This document shows positions 40,187 through 49,401 of a DNA stretch of 51,497 bases, in pieces. The notes beneath the pieces were generated by a model, which made no database searches, was not told the origin of the DNA, and was given only the letters and a program-made list of their open reading frames with translations. This DNA is from a bacterium (GTDB taxonomy: Bacteria; Blakebacterota; Blakebacteria; Blakebacterales; Blakebacteraceae). Within the stretch, counting starts at the first letter, position 1; each line of letters begins with the position of its first letter. Location: assembly GCA_025774615.1 (NCBI GenBank), contig JALGVQ010000004.1, positions 1 through 51,497 on the forward strand, in the 5' to 3' direction. The translations under genes and the position numbers were made by a program.

Positions 40187-41100
40187 CATCGATGAGGACA
40201 CTCCGGAATAACAGCAATGGCGGTACCGACCTCGGAATGATCATGAAAACAGCGGGTCTCCTCGTCCTGCTGCTCTTCATCATCACTGCCTTCTTCCTTG
40301 GCGGTATGGTGCTTGTCGATCAGGTGATCATGCCCGCATGGACCGATCTCGGATCTGAAGTCGAGCTTCCCGATGTTGTCGACCTGGATTTCTACAAAGC
40401 CAAGGGTGACCTGGCCGAGATCGGCCTTGATCTGGAGAGGATAGAGGAAAGTTTCCACGCGGTTATCGATGAGGGACGGATCATCGAGCAGGTTCCTCCG
40501 CCATATACCCAGGTCAAGAAAGGCCGAACGGTCGGTGTCGTCGTAAGCCGGGGTCCGGAGGAAGTCATTATCCCCGACCTCACGCGGTTGACGACAGACC
40601 AGGCCCGCACGAAACTCCAGGAATTCGGACTCACCCTGGGAATAATCACCAGCAGACCCGATGACGCACCTGAGGGCACCGTTATAGACCAGCGACCGAC
40701 AGCTACCCTGAAGGCGCTCCGCAACACCCGTATTAATCTGGTGATCAGTTCCGGGCCGATCCATACAACCATTCCGATACCCAGGCTGGTGAACATGGGG
40801 CTGAACGGCGCCCTGGCGAGGATCCGGGACCTCGACGGCAAGGTCTGGATCGAGTGGGTCGAGGATGACAGCCAGGTCATGATGACTATCGTGAGTCAGC
40901 AGCCTGAGCCTGGCATTGAGATGGATGGTCAGCCGATATTCGATCTGACGGTAGCGGTCCGGACCGGCTTCAGGCCGACTGCGGCGATGGTCGATACCAT
41001 CGGTATCGGCGCGGCACCCCCCTGGATGCGCGGCCGTGGTGTACCACCTCCCCCGGATGAGGGAAGAGATGAACGCATTCCTCCCGGGTTGCGGCGGTGA
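40183..41100 (+). CDS. Membrane-anchored PASTA-repeat protein without a kinase or transpeptidase domain
   Basis: One N-terminal TM helix (LLVLLLFIITAFFLGGMVLV), then three PASTA-like repeats (e.g. VELPDVVDLDFYKAKGDLAEIGL..., IIPDLTRLTTDQARTKLQEFGL..., IPRLVNMGLNGALARIRDL...). ATG 40237 or 40243 are alternative starts. Confidence 0.7.
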   Translation: MTSMRTLRNNSNGGTDLGMIMKTAGLLVLLLFIITAFFLGGMVLVDQVIMPAWTDLGSEVELPDVVDLDFYKAKGDLAEIGLDLERIEESFHAVIDEGRIIEQVPPPYTQVKKGRTVGVVVSRGPEEVIIPDLTRLTTDQARTKLQEFGLTLGIITSRPDDAPEGTVIDQRPTATLKALRNTRINLVISSGPIHTTIPIPRLVNMGLNGALARIRDLDGKVWIEWVEDDSQVMMTIVSQQPEPGIEMDGQPIFDLTVAVRTGFRPTAAMVDTIGIGAAPPWMRGRGVPPPPDEGRDERIPPGLRR

Positions 41101-41768
41101 GCGTTCAGGTTGCGCCCAGTCTGCTTTCGGCCGATTTCTCCCGGCTGGGGGAGGAAATAGCCCTCGTTGAGTCAGCTGGTGCCGGGCTCCTTCATCTCGA
41201 TGTGATGGATGCTCACTTCGTGCCGAACCTGACGTTCGGCCCGATAATCATCGAGGCCGTGACGCAGATCACATCTCTGCCTCGGGATACGCACCTCATG
41301 ATCACCGATCCCGACACATATCTCGATTCATTCATCAAAGCAGGCGCCACAACGATCTCGTTCCATCTGGAGGCATTCGAACCACCGGAGCGACAGGAAC
41401 GAGCCGACAGGATCCTTGAACGGCTCGGGGACGCCGGTGTGGGTAGAGGGGTAGCCTTGAATCCCGATACACCCCTCGACTGGGTGCTGCCCTGGCTTGA
41501 TCGTCTTGACCACGTACTCATCATGACGGTCTATCCCGGATTCGGCGGTCAGAAACTGATTCCAGAGAGCCTTGCCAGGGTCCCGCTCCTCAGGCAGGAG
41601 ATAGTCCAGAGGGGCCTTGAGGTGACGATCGGAGTGGATGGCGGCGTCACGACCGGGAATGCGGCTGAAGTTGCGGGAGCGGGTGCTGACATCCTGGTAG
41701 CGGGATCTGCCGTTTTCGGTGCGGATGATCCGGCTGCGGCGATAGCCGTGATCCGCGGCGAGCGGTAA
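41097..41768 (+). CDS. rpe: Ribulose-phosphate 3-epimerase
   Basis: APSLLSADF, HLDVMDAHFVPNLTFG and the C-terminal VAGSAVF motif. Confidence 0.95.
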   Translation: MSVQVAPSLLSADFSRLGEEIALVESAGAGLLHLDVMDAHFVPNLTFGPIIIEAVTQITSLPRDTHLMITDPDTYLDSFIKAGATTISFHLEAFEPPERQERADRILERLGDAGVGRGVALNPDTPLDWVLPWLDRLDHVLIMTVYPGFGGQKLIPESLARVPLLRQEIVQRGLEVTIGVDGGVTTGNAAEVAGAGADILVAGSAVFGADDPAAAIAVIRGER

Positions 41769-41859
41769 GAAGCCGCCAACAGGCATCGTATGGTTTTTCA
41801 TGTTGGAAATAGCGATTTTCTCCCTACCTTTACAAGTCTACTGATTTTTCAGGTTTTGT

Positions 41860-43200
41860 ATGTTTGATGCTCTCACTGCCAGATTAAGCACGGTTCTCGA
41901 CCGTCTGCGCGGTCGGGGGGTTCTGAGTGAGGAGAACGTCACGGAGGCCCTGCGAGATGTTCGGCGGGCACTCCTCGAAGCTGATGTGAACGTGGGTGTT
42001 GCCCGTTCTTTCATAGAGAGTGTCAAAGAACAGGCTCTGGGAAGTGAGGTCGGGAAGGGAGTCAGGCCGGGACAGCAGATGATCGGGATCATTCATTCCG
42101 AGATGATCCGGCTCCTGGGTGGTGAAGGGAATTCAGCTGAGGTCGACCTGTCGGGAAGTCCACCGGTCATCCTCATGCTGCTCGGACTCCAGGGTTCAGG
42201 AAAAACGACAACGGCGGCGAAACTGGCGGTCCATTTCCGTTCGGGCGGCAGAAAGATCGGCCTTATGGGGCTCGATCCCTACCGACCGGCCGCAGGTGAG
42301 CAGCTCAGACGGCTCGCCGAACGAATAGATGTGCCTGTGGAAGTCGCTCGCGAGAGTGAGGACCCGGTCGATGCCGGTGTCAGGATCCTCTCGGAACTCA
42401 AGGCAGCGGGCTCTGAAGTCATCCTGGCAGATACGGCAGGACGACAGACGGTTGACGAGGCGCTCATGAATGAGCTTGCCTCGCTCCGGCAGAAGCTCAA
42501 TCCGCAGGAAACCCTGCTCGTTCTGGATGCCATGACGGGGCAGGACGCGGTCACGACCGCAAGCGCTTTCAGCGGTCGTCTCGATTGTACCGGGGCAATA
42601 CTCACCAAGCTCGATGGTGATGCCCGGGGTGGCGCGGCACTCTCCCTGAGGGGGGTGACCGGGTTGCCGATACGCTATGTGGGGATCGGAGAGGATCTGG
42701 GCGCCCTTGAAGTTTTCCATCCTGACCGGATGGCCGGCAGGATCCTCGGGATGGGTGATGTGGTTTCGCTGGTGGAACGCGCTGCTGAAGACGCCGGAGG
42801 CGCGGAGGTCCTGGCCGCTGAAGGAAAGAGATTCATCGAGGGTGAGTTCACCCTTGAGGACTTCCGGGAGCAGATGCGCCGGCTTCGAGGAATGGGATCT
42901 TTACAGGATCTGGTTGGCATGCTGCCCGGCCAATTTGACAGAGCACTGACCGGACAGGAAATTGATGAGTCATCGATCGTGGCGCTGGAAGCCATGATCG
43001 ACAGCATGACACCGGAAGAACGTCGCCGACCTTCCATCCTTGATGGCAGCAGACGACGGCGGATCGCACGAGGCAGCGGACGGAGTGTGCAGGAAGTCAA
43101 CGCTCTCCTGAAGCAGTACTCGATGATGCAGAAAATGGCGAAAGCCCTGAAGGGTAAGGGCAGGAAAGGGCAGATGCCCTTTCCACCCATGTTCAGGTAA
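41860..43200 (+). CDS. ffh: Signal recognition particle protein Ffh
   Basis: N domain, G domain ([24 protein letters not shown]) and a Met-rich M domain at the C-terminus. Confidence 0.95.
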   Translation: MFDALTARLSTVLDRLRGRGVLSEENVTEALRDVRRALLEADVNVGVARSFIESVKEQALGSEVGKGVRPGQQMIGIIHSEMIRLLGGEGNSAEVDLSGSPPVILMLLGLQGSGKTTTAAKLAVHFRSGGRKIGLMGLDPYRPAAGEQLRRLAERIDVPVEVARESEDPVDAGVRILSELKAAGSEVILADTAGRQTVDEALMNELASLRQKLNPQETLLVLDAMTGQDAVTTASAFSGRLDCTGAILTKLDGDARGGAALSLRGVTGLPIRYVGIGEDLGALEVFHPDRMAGRILGMGDVVSLVERAAEDAGGAEVLAAEGKRFIEGEFTLEDFREQMRRLRGMGSLQDLVGMLPGQFDRALTGQEIDESSIVALEAMIDSMTPEERRRPSILDGSRRRRIARGSGRSVQEVNALLKQYSMMQKMAKALKGKGRKGQMPFPPMFR

Positions 43201-43211
43201 GGAGAAGAAGA

Positions 43212-43862
43212 GTGGCGACACGCATCCGGCTCCGACGCACCGGGAAAAAGAAGCAGGCCTACTACCGCTTCGTGGTGGCAGATTCCCGGAGCCCGCGCGA
43301 TGGACGATTCATAGAGATATTGGGTAATTACAATCCACACGCGGACCCCCCGGAGATAACGATCGATGAGGAGAGGACTCTCTACTGGCTCAAGACGGGA
43401 GCCCAGCCATCGAATACGGTAAAGAGTCTACTCTCCAAGAAAGGTATCCTCGCCAAGCTCGCTGAGGAACGACCTGACCACCCGATTCTGAAGCGGCCGG
43501 TACGGCGGGGAGCCAGGGTTGAGAAGGCCCCCGAGGAGCCGGAAGTGGCAGAGGTGGTGGAGACAGAAGAGACTCCCTCTGAGCCTGAGGTTCCCGCTGA
43601 GGCAGAAGAGACTCCCTCTGAGCCTGAGGTTGCCGCCGAGGCAGAAGAGACTCCCTCTGAGCCTGAGGTTGCCGCTGAGGCAGATGAGACGCCTTCCGAA
43701 CCTGAGGTTGCCGCTGAGGCAGAAGAGACTCCCTCTGAGCCTGAGGTTGCCGCTGAGGCAGATGAGACGCCTTCCGAACCTGAGGTTCCCGCAGATGATG
43801 CCGTAGAGGCAGTTGATGGCGGGGATGACACCGAAGAGACGGAAGAGCAGTCGAAAGAATAG
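43212..43862 (+). CDS. rpsP: 30S ribosomal protein S16 with a long acidic repeat-containing C-terminal extension
   Basis: The first ~85 aa form a canonical S16 ([35 protein letters not shown]...). The remaining ~130 aa are an E/P/A-rich tail. GTG start is preceded by GGAG at 43201. Confidence 0.9.
   Translation: MATRIRLRRTGKKKQAYYRFVVADSRSPRDGRFIEILGNYNPHADPPEITIDEERTLYWLKTGAQPSNTVKSLLSKKGILAKLAEERPDHPILKRPVRRGARVEKAPEEPEVAEVVETEETPSEPEVPAEAEETPSEPEVAAEAEETPSEPEVAAEADETPSEPEVAAEAEETPSEPEVAAEADETPSEPEVPADDAVEAVDGGDDTEETEEQSKE
43566..43799 (+). repeat. Six tandem 39-bp in-frame repeats ([13 protein letters not shown] / [13 protein letters not shown]) inside rpsP
   Basis: The unit GAAGAGACTCCCTCTGAGCCTGAGGTTGCCGCTGAGGCA occurs six times head-to-tail. 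Two codon-usage variants (A: ACTCCCTCTGAG, B: ACGCCTTCCGAA) are arranged A-A-A-B-A-B. Confidence 0.92.
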
Positions 43863-43893
43863 CGTGAGCCAGGCCTCCACGCGTGCCGGTGAA

Positions 43894-44433
43894 ATGCAGA
43901 TGAATGCGGATGATCTCATTGAGATCGGCATAGTAGCCAAGCCCTGGGGAATCAAGGGTGAGGTCAAGGTCAGATTGATCACCGATGTTCCCGGCAGGTT
44001 CGATGAACTGGAAGGTGTCTGGGTCCACGACGGTGAGGAGAAGATCGTATACTTCAGGATCGAGCACGTGAAGCACCTGAAGGAAGCGGTCGCGCTGAAA
44101 CTTGAGGGTGTGGATTCCCCCGATTCGGCAGAGCTGCTTCGCGGCTTTGAAGTTTCGGTGCCGGAATCGGAACGGGCAGTGCTGGGAGAGGGTGAGTACT
44201 TCATCTACGATCTTATCGGACTCGATGTGGTGGATCGTGATGGAGAACGACTGGGTGAGCTCACGAAAGTGTACCAGGGTTCAGCCCAGGATATTTTCGA
44301 GGTCGCGACGCCGGAAGGGGCACGACTGGTGCCTGCGGTTCCGGCTTACGTGACCGAGATCGACCTGGAGCACGGCCGGGTGGTGTTGACACTGCCGGTT
44401 ATCGAAGAAGAGCAGGACACACCGAAGGGGTAA
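43894..44433 (+). CDS. rimM: 16S rRNA processing protein RimM
   Basis: The LIEIGIVAKPWGIKGEVKV N-terminal motif and a PRC-barrel C-terminus, in the canonical rpsP-rimM-trmD-rplS order. ATG 43894 is chosen; GTG 43864 is possible. Confidence 0.85.
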   Translation: MQMNADDLIEIGIVAKPWGIKGEVKVRLITDVPGRFDELEGVWVHDGEEKIVYFRIEHVKHLKEAVALKLEGVDSPDSAELLRGFEVSVPESERAVLGEGEYFIYDLIGLDVVDRDGERLGELTKVYQGSAQDIFEVATPEGARLVPAVPAYVTEIDLEHGRVVLTLPVIEEEQDTPKG

Positions 44434-44436
44434 GTC

Positions 44437-45219
44437 ATGGTGGTCCATGTCCTGACGCTCTTTCCAGATTACTTCCGCAGTCCCCTTGAAGCCGGGTTGC
44501 TTGGCAAGGGGGTGGCCGGGGGTATGCTTTCGGTAATGGTCCATGATCTGAGGTCGTGGACCCATGATCGACACGGCACCGCCGACGACTACGCCTTCGG
44601 AGGCGGACCGGGCATGGTGCTGAAGCCGGAACCGTTCTTCGAAGCGTATGATGAACTGAGGAACGACGGACTCTCCGTTGATGCGGAAGTCGTGCTGACG
44701 ACACCGCAGGGAGCGCTGTTCGATCAGGCTGCCGCGCGAGAGTTGTCCGGAATGGAAGAATTCGTCATCGTGTGCGGGCGGTATCGGGGAATAGATGAAC
44801 GGGTCAGGACCGCCCTGGTGACGCGTGAATACAGTGTCGGGGATGTGATCCTCAATGGTGGTGAAGGAGCCGCGCTCCTTATCATCGAGGCGGTGGCGAG
44901 ACTGCTTCCGGGTGCCCTGGGAGATCCAGCCTCGGCAGCGGCCGACTCATTCGAAACGGGGATACTCGATCACCCGCATTACACACGTCCTCCCGAGTAC
45001 CGGGGGATGGAGGTACCCGGGACACTTCTCTCGGGTGACCATGGAGCCATAGCGCAGTGGCGGCGAAGAGAGGCGTTGAAAATGACGCTTGAAAGGCGTC
45101 CCGACCTGTTGCGGTCGGCTCCTCTTTCGGATGAAGACAGGGAGTATCTGAAGGAACTGGCAGAGTATGACTGGCCGGGGGCGCAAAGCCCTGAGGCTGA
45201 TGAAGGAGAAAAAAGATGA
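44437..45219 (+). CDS. trmD: tRNA (guanine37-N1)-methyltransferase
   Basis: LTLFPDYF N-terminus and the SPOUT knot motifs ([35 protein letters not shown]). Confidence 0.95.
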   Translation: MVVHVLTLFPDYFRSPLEAGLLGKGVAGGMLSVMVHDLRSWTHDRHGTADDYAFGGGPGMVLKPEPFFEAYDELRNDGLSVDAEVVLTTPQGALFDQAAARELSGMEEFVIVCGRYRGIDERVRTALVTREYSVGDVILNGGEGAALLIIEAVARLLPGALGDPASAAADSFETGILDHPHYTRPPEYRGMEVPGTLLSGDHGAIAQWRRREALKMTLERRPDLLRSAPLSDEDREYLKELAEYDWPGAQSPEADEGEKR

Positions 45220-45650
45220 AGCGCCTGGAGGCCCTGGCTGCAGTTGAGAAGCGAACAGATCTCCCCGATTTCAAAACGGGTGATATGGTCAAGGTGCACG
45301 TTCGTGTTGTTGAGGGTGAGAAAGAACGGATCCAGATCTTCGAGGGTGTCGTGATCGGCATCAAGGGGTCGGGGAACGGTCGCACATTCACCGTTCGGAA
45401 GATCTCTGGAGGTATCGGTGTCGAGAGGATATTCCCGCTCAACAGCCCGATGATCAGCAGGATCGAGCTCGGTCGCAGAGGGAAAGTGCGCCGGGCGAAA
45501 CTGAACTATCTGCGGGACCGGGTCGGCAAGCGCGCCCGCGTGAAGGAACGGCGCGTAACCAGTACGAAGACGGCGGCATCGGATACCACAGAGAAAGCCC
45601 CTGCGGAAGCGTCAGATGCCGGGGTCGGGGAAAACCCGGAAACGACCTGA
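45216..45650 (+). CDS. rplS: 50S ribosomal protein L19 (with a C-terminal tail of about 30 aa)
   Basis: L19 core ([35 protein letters not shown]...[20 protein letters not shown]). The C-terminus extends into an acidic T/A/E-rich tail. Confidence 0.95.
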   Translation: MKRLEALAAVEKRTDLPDFKTGDMVKVHVRVVEGEKERIQIFEGVVIGIKGSGNGRTFTVRKISGGIGVERIFPLNSPMISRIELGRRGKVRRAKLNYLRDRVGKRARVKERRVTSTKTAASDTTEKAPAEASDAGVGENPETT

Positions 45651-46824
45651 GTCAGGCGTGGACCTGGGGGGGAGAAATCTCCGGGATCTTGAACGTCTGC
45701 TCGAAGCAGCGGATAATTCCGCTGAGCGGATGCAATTGCTAATCGCTCTCGAGAGTGACGCGCGAGCAGGCGCGAGAAGGCTCGCCGAGCGCGCTCGGAA
45801 GCAGGATGATAAAGCCCGTCGGCGTGAGGCACGCTGGCGGGCTTTTTGCGATCCGGAGCGGCGCATCCTGGAGAAAGGATTCAGTCGGGTAGCCGGAGTA
45901 GATGAAGCGGGGCGGGGGCCTCTTGCTGGCCCGGTCTACGCAGCGGCAGTGATACTGCCCGATGAGTTCGTGCATCATAAGCTCGATGACTCCAAACGGA
46001 TGTCACCACAGGCACGTCAGATTGCATACGGGGAGATCACTGCTGCAGCGATTTCCTGCGGGACGGGAATCGCCTCGGTCGATGAGATAGATCGGCACAA
46101 TATTCTGGGCGCTGTACACCTTGCGGTGGAGAGAGCCCTGAAGGCACTCGACCCGCCCGCGGAATTCGCGCTTGTGGATGGTCTTCCTCTGGCATCGTGT
46201 CCGGTGCCGCATCTGGCGATCGTGAAGGGGGACAGCAGATCGCGCGCGATCGCGGCCGCGAGCGTGATCGCCAAGGTGGAGCGCGACGCCCGGATGGTGG
46301 AACTCGACGCGGAATATCCGGGATATGGATTCGCCTCGAACAAGGGGTACGGGACCGCGCAGCACATGGAGGCGATCGAACACCTCGGGCAGTCACCGGT
46401 TCACCGGAGATCATTCATCCACACCGGTAACCAGATCGAACTGATGCCCCGGGATGAAAAGGAGAGCTCCTGGGATTGGGGAAAGCGGGCAGAGGAGATG
46501 GTTGCCCGGGAGTATGCCGAGAACGGTTATCTGATCGAGTTCCGGCGCTGGCGTGGCGGCGGAGGTGAGATCGATCTTGTCTGCAGGAGAGGAGACGAAC
46601 TGATCATCGTCGAGATCAAGGCATCACGCAGTTCGCTTGCCGGCTCTCCTCTCGGCTGGCTCGATAGAGGCCAGAGGAGACGTCTGCGCAGTGCCGCTAC
46701 AGCACTGCTCCGACAGATGGATGGCGATGCGAGGCCGGTGGACATCAGGTTCGATCTCGCGGCGGTGGTGGATGACGGTACCGGACCTCCACGGATCACA
46801 CGGGTGGAGGGTATTGAGCCATGA
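45616..46824 (+). CDS. rnhB: Fusion protein: RNase HII (with a long Bacillus-type N-terminal region) plus a YraN/UPF0102 endonuclease-like domain
   Basis: RNase HII motifs ([54 protein letters not shown]) extend to about codon 272. A YraN-type domain follows ([51 protein letters not shown]...IRFDLAAV), with no stop between the two. Start is ATG 45616 (35-nt overlap with rplS) or GTG 45658. Confidence 0.85.
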   Translation: MPGSGKTRKRPESGVDLGGRNLRDLERLLEAADNSAERMQLLIALESDARAGARRLAERARKQDDKARRREARWRAFCDPERRILEKGFSRVAGVDEAGRGPLAGPVYAAAVILPDEFVHHKLDDSKRMSPQARQIAYGEITAAAISCGTGIASVDEIDRHNILGAVHLAVERALKALDPPAEFALVDGLPLASCPVPHLAIVKGDSRSRAIAAASVIAKVERDARMVELDAEYPGYGFASNKGYGTAQHMEAIEHLGQSPVHRRSFIHTGNQIELMPRDEKESSWDWGKRAEEMVAREYAENGYLIEFRRWRGGGGEIDLVCRRGDELIIVEIKASRSSLAGSPLGWLDRGQRRRLRSAATALLRQMDGDARPVDIRFDLAAVVDDGTGPPRITRVEGIEP

Positions 46825-48101
46825 ACCGGGTAGAGAAGAAGGAACGATGGGGCTGGTACCTCTTCGATTTCGCGAACACCAGCTTCACGGTCGTAGTGGT
46901 CACCGTGGCATATGCAGTCTATTTCAGATCGTTCGTGGTCGGGGATGCTGCGGCGGGGGATCTCTACTGGGGTCTCGGCAATTCCGTCTCCATGTTTATT
47001 GTCGGCATCACCAGCCCCTGGCTGGGAGCGATCTCCGATTCGAGCGCGAAGAAGAAACTCTTCATCGGCATCTACGCGCTTCTCTGTATCGTCGCCACCG
47101 CATTGATGGTCACCGTCGGGGCGGGCGATATCTGGTGGGGCCTCACACTCTTTGTGCTCGGCAACATCGGTTTCCAGGGCGGCCTTGTTTTCTACAACGC
47201 GTTCCTGCCCCAGATCAGTCCTCCCGGACAGATCGGCACGATCTCCGGTATCGGATTCGCCTGGGGATACGTCGGAGCGTTATGTTCGCTTCTCATCGCG
47301 ATGCCGTTCGCCAGTCGCGCGGACCAGATGGAGAACCTGAGGCTCCTGGCTCCAGTTTTCCCCATTTCCGCACTCTTTTTCCTGATCTTCGCGATCCCGT
47401 TCTTCATCTGGGTACGGGAACGCAAACCGACCATCACATCCCGGGAGAAACCGTGGAGGGAAGGATGGCGTCGGGTCAGAAGCACGGTAGGACATCTGCA
47501 CCATTACCGGCAGACCGCACGGTTCCTGCTGGCGTACTTCATCTACAGCGATGGGCTCAACACGGTTATCGCGTTCGGGGGGATATATGCCGTCGTCACA
47601 CTCGGATTCTCCGCTGTTCAGGTGCTCATGTTCTTCGCCATCCTCCAGCTGGCGGCCATCGCCGGGGCGTGGGGATTCGGGATACTGACCGATCGGTGGG
47701 GAGCGAAACCGGTGGTGGAGATGACCCTTGCGATATGGCTCATCATGACCGTATGGGCGTTCTTTGTTCAGAGCCAGTCGACCTTCTACGGTGTGGGTGC
47801 CCTGGCCGGTATCGCGATGGGGTCGAGCCAGGCCTCCTCACGGACGTTGATGGCTGCGCTCACCCCTCCGAGCCGAGAAGCGGAGTTCTACGGGTTCTAC
47901 GGATTGTGCGGCAGGTTTTCGGCGATACTGGGAACAGCCCTGTTCGGGATCGTCAGCAGTGTGACACACAGCCAGCGGTTGGCGGTCCTCTCGATCGCGC
48001 CATTCTTCGCCGTCGGATGGCTTCTGCTGCGTACCGTCGACGTTGATGCAGGACGTGCCGCTGCCGCTGGTGGTGGTGAGCACGGATTGACTCACCAGTG
48101 A
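46821..48101 (+). CDS. MFS transporter, UMF1 / Atg22-like family
   Basis: About 12 predicted TM segments. The N-terminus (WGWYLFDFANTSFTVVV) is characteristic of the Atg22-like MFS family. ATGA overlap with the upstream gene. Confidence 0.72.
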   Translation: MNRVEKKERWGWYLFDFANTSFTVVVVTVAYAVYFRSFVVGDAAAGDLYWGLGNSVSMFIVGITSPWLGAISDSSAKKKLFIGIYALLCIVATALMVTVGAGDIWWGLTLFVLGNIGFQGGLVFYNAFLPQISPPGQIGTISGIGFAWGYVGALCSLLIAMPFASRADQMENLRLLAPVFPISALFFLIFAIPFFIWVRERKPTITSREKPWREGWRRVRSTVGHLHHYRQTARFLLAYFIYSDGLNTVIAFGGIYAVVTLGFSAVQVLMFFAILQLAAIAGAWGFGILTDRWGAKPVVEMTLAIWLIMTVWAFFVQSQSTFYGVGALAGIAMGSSQASSRTLMAALTPPSREAEFYGFYGLCGRFSAILGTALFGIVSSVTHSQRLAVLSIAPFFAVGWLLLRTVDVDAGRAAAAGGGEHGLTHQ

Positions 48102-48160
48102 GGCCGGATTACTCGCTGGATCTGCCAGGTTCGCGATCCTCGGCTCTGTGGAGCCTCGGA

Positions 48161-48189
48161 TTGACTCAAAACGGAGAGGGGACTACGTT
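48161..48189 (+). promoter_or_regulatory. Candidate sigma70-type promoter
   Basis: TTGACT (48161..48166), a 17-nt spacer, then TACGTT (48184..48189, TAnnnT), about 30 nt upstream of ATG 48220 in a 118-nt intergenic gap. Confidence 0.35.
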
Positions 48190-48219
48190 TCCGGCTCCAG
48201 AAACAACCGGGGGTTGACC

Positions 48220-49401
48220 ATGGGCAGCACCTCATTTCTCCAGCAGAGGACTCAGCGGGCATGTCTGATCGCGCTGGGATTGCTTGTCAGTATTGTCGTA
48301 ACGGGTTGTGAGCGTCCCCTCGATCGCGCTTTCGGTGACAGAAACCAGATCGTGATCTTCGCTGACGAGGCAAACTGGAACCTTTTCGGTGATCAACTCA
48401 AGAGCATCTTCGAGCGGGAGGTGAAGACACCCCGTTCCGAACTCATCTTCCGTGTGCGGAACGAGACCCTCGATAAATGGAAGTTCTTCTCCCGCTACTA
48501 CCACCTGCTCCTGTGCGGCGCCATCACAGAGGATACTCCCACGGCGCTCAGGATCAGGGAACATCTCTCAGATGAAGTGGAACAGCAGATTATAGAGGAA
48601 CAGCGCGGACGCACGATCGTGATACGCGATCCGTACGCTGCCGGACAGGTCCTGATGATCATCACGGCCGATACGGTCGATCGGCTGCAGGAATACCTGC
48701 GAAACGCCCGGGAACATATCTTCAGCTTGATGGACGAGCATCTCGATGAACTGATCTCGACCCTGATCTATCGGGAGGATGAGCAGTTCGCTATTGAAGA
48801 ATCACTGCTGACCGATCACGAATTCACCCTGCGTGTCCCGTGGGGTTTCCGGATGAACACGGATTTTGAGGATGAGAACTTCATCCGAATGATCAAGTAC
48901 GCGCTCGAAAGGTGGTTCTACGCCTACTGGATACCAGATGAAGAGATCGATGACCGGGGATTCGCATGGGTGCGGGCGCTCGAGGGGCTGGGTGGTCAGA
49001 TCGAGCGGAATGAGGAGCTGGATCTCAGTGTGATCGATTTCATGGGACAGCAGGCGATGGGACTCAGGGATCATATCTGCAGGCTCTACTACGACGGGGA
49101 TATGGTAACCCGTGATCAGACGGCCGCCACACTGGTGGAATTCCAGGGACGATGGGCCATGAGGCTCTACGGACTGTGGGGGAATACCGAGAAACTGGCG
49201 GGAGGGCCGTTCGTTTCCTACTGTTTCTACGATCAGGATACCAGGCGTCTCTGGTGGCTCGATGGCGCGGTGTTCGCGCCGAACCAGCCGAAAGAGACAC
49301 AGCTCCGCCAGATGGACGTCATGTTGCATACCTTCGTGACCGGTGATGACGCGGTTGCATACATCGAATCGATAAAGGAACTGATCGGTGCCAGACGCTG
49401 A
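48220..49401 (+). CDS. Putative lipoprotein of unknown function (possibly DUF4837-like)
   Basis: Signal peptide and lipobox (LIALGLLVSIVVTGC). The rest has no recognisable catalytic motif. The family guess rests only on remembered resemblance (NQIVIFADEANW...LIFRVRNE...). ATG 48220 is preferred over the upstream track start at 48148. Confidence 0.5.
   Translation: MGSTSFLQQRTQRACLIALGLLVSIVVTGCERPLDRAFGDRNQIVIFADEANWNLFGDQLKSIFEREVKTPRSELIFRVRNETLDKWKFFSRYYHLLLCGAITEDTPTALRIREHLSDEVEQQIIEEQRGRTIVIRDPYAAGQVLMIITADTVDRLQEYLRNAREHIFSLMDEHLDELISTLIYREDEQFAIEESLLTDHEFTLRVPWGFRMNTDFEDENFIRMIKYALERWFYAYWIPDEEIDDRGFAWVRALEGLGGQIERNEELDLSVIDFMGQQAMGLRDHICRLYYDGDMVTRDQTAATLVEFQGRWAMRLYGLWGNTEKLAGGPFVSYCFYDQDTRRLWWLDGAVFAPNQPKETQLRQMDVMLHTFVTGDDAVAYIESIKELIGARR

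Noticed and set aside
46637-48046. A 469-aa + strand ORF overlapping the MFS transporter gene in another frame.
   Set aside because: The translation is extremely Arg/Gly/His-rich with no TM or domain pattern. The 46821..48101 frame gives a clean 12-TM Atg22-like transporter.
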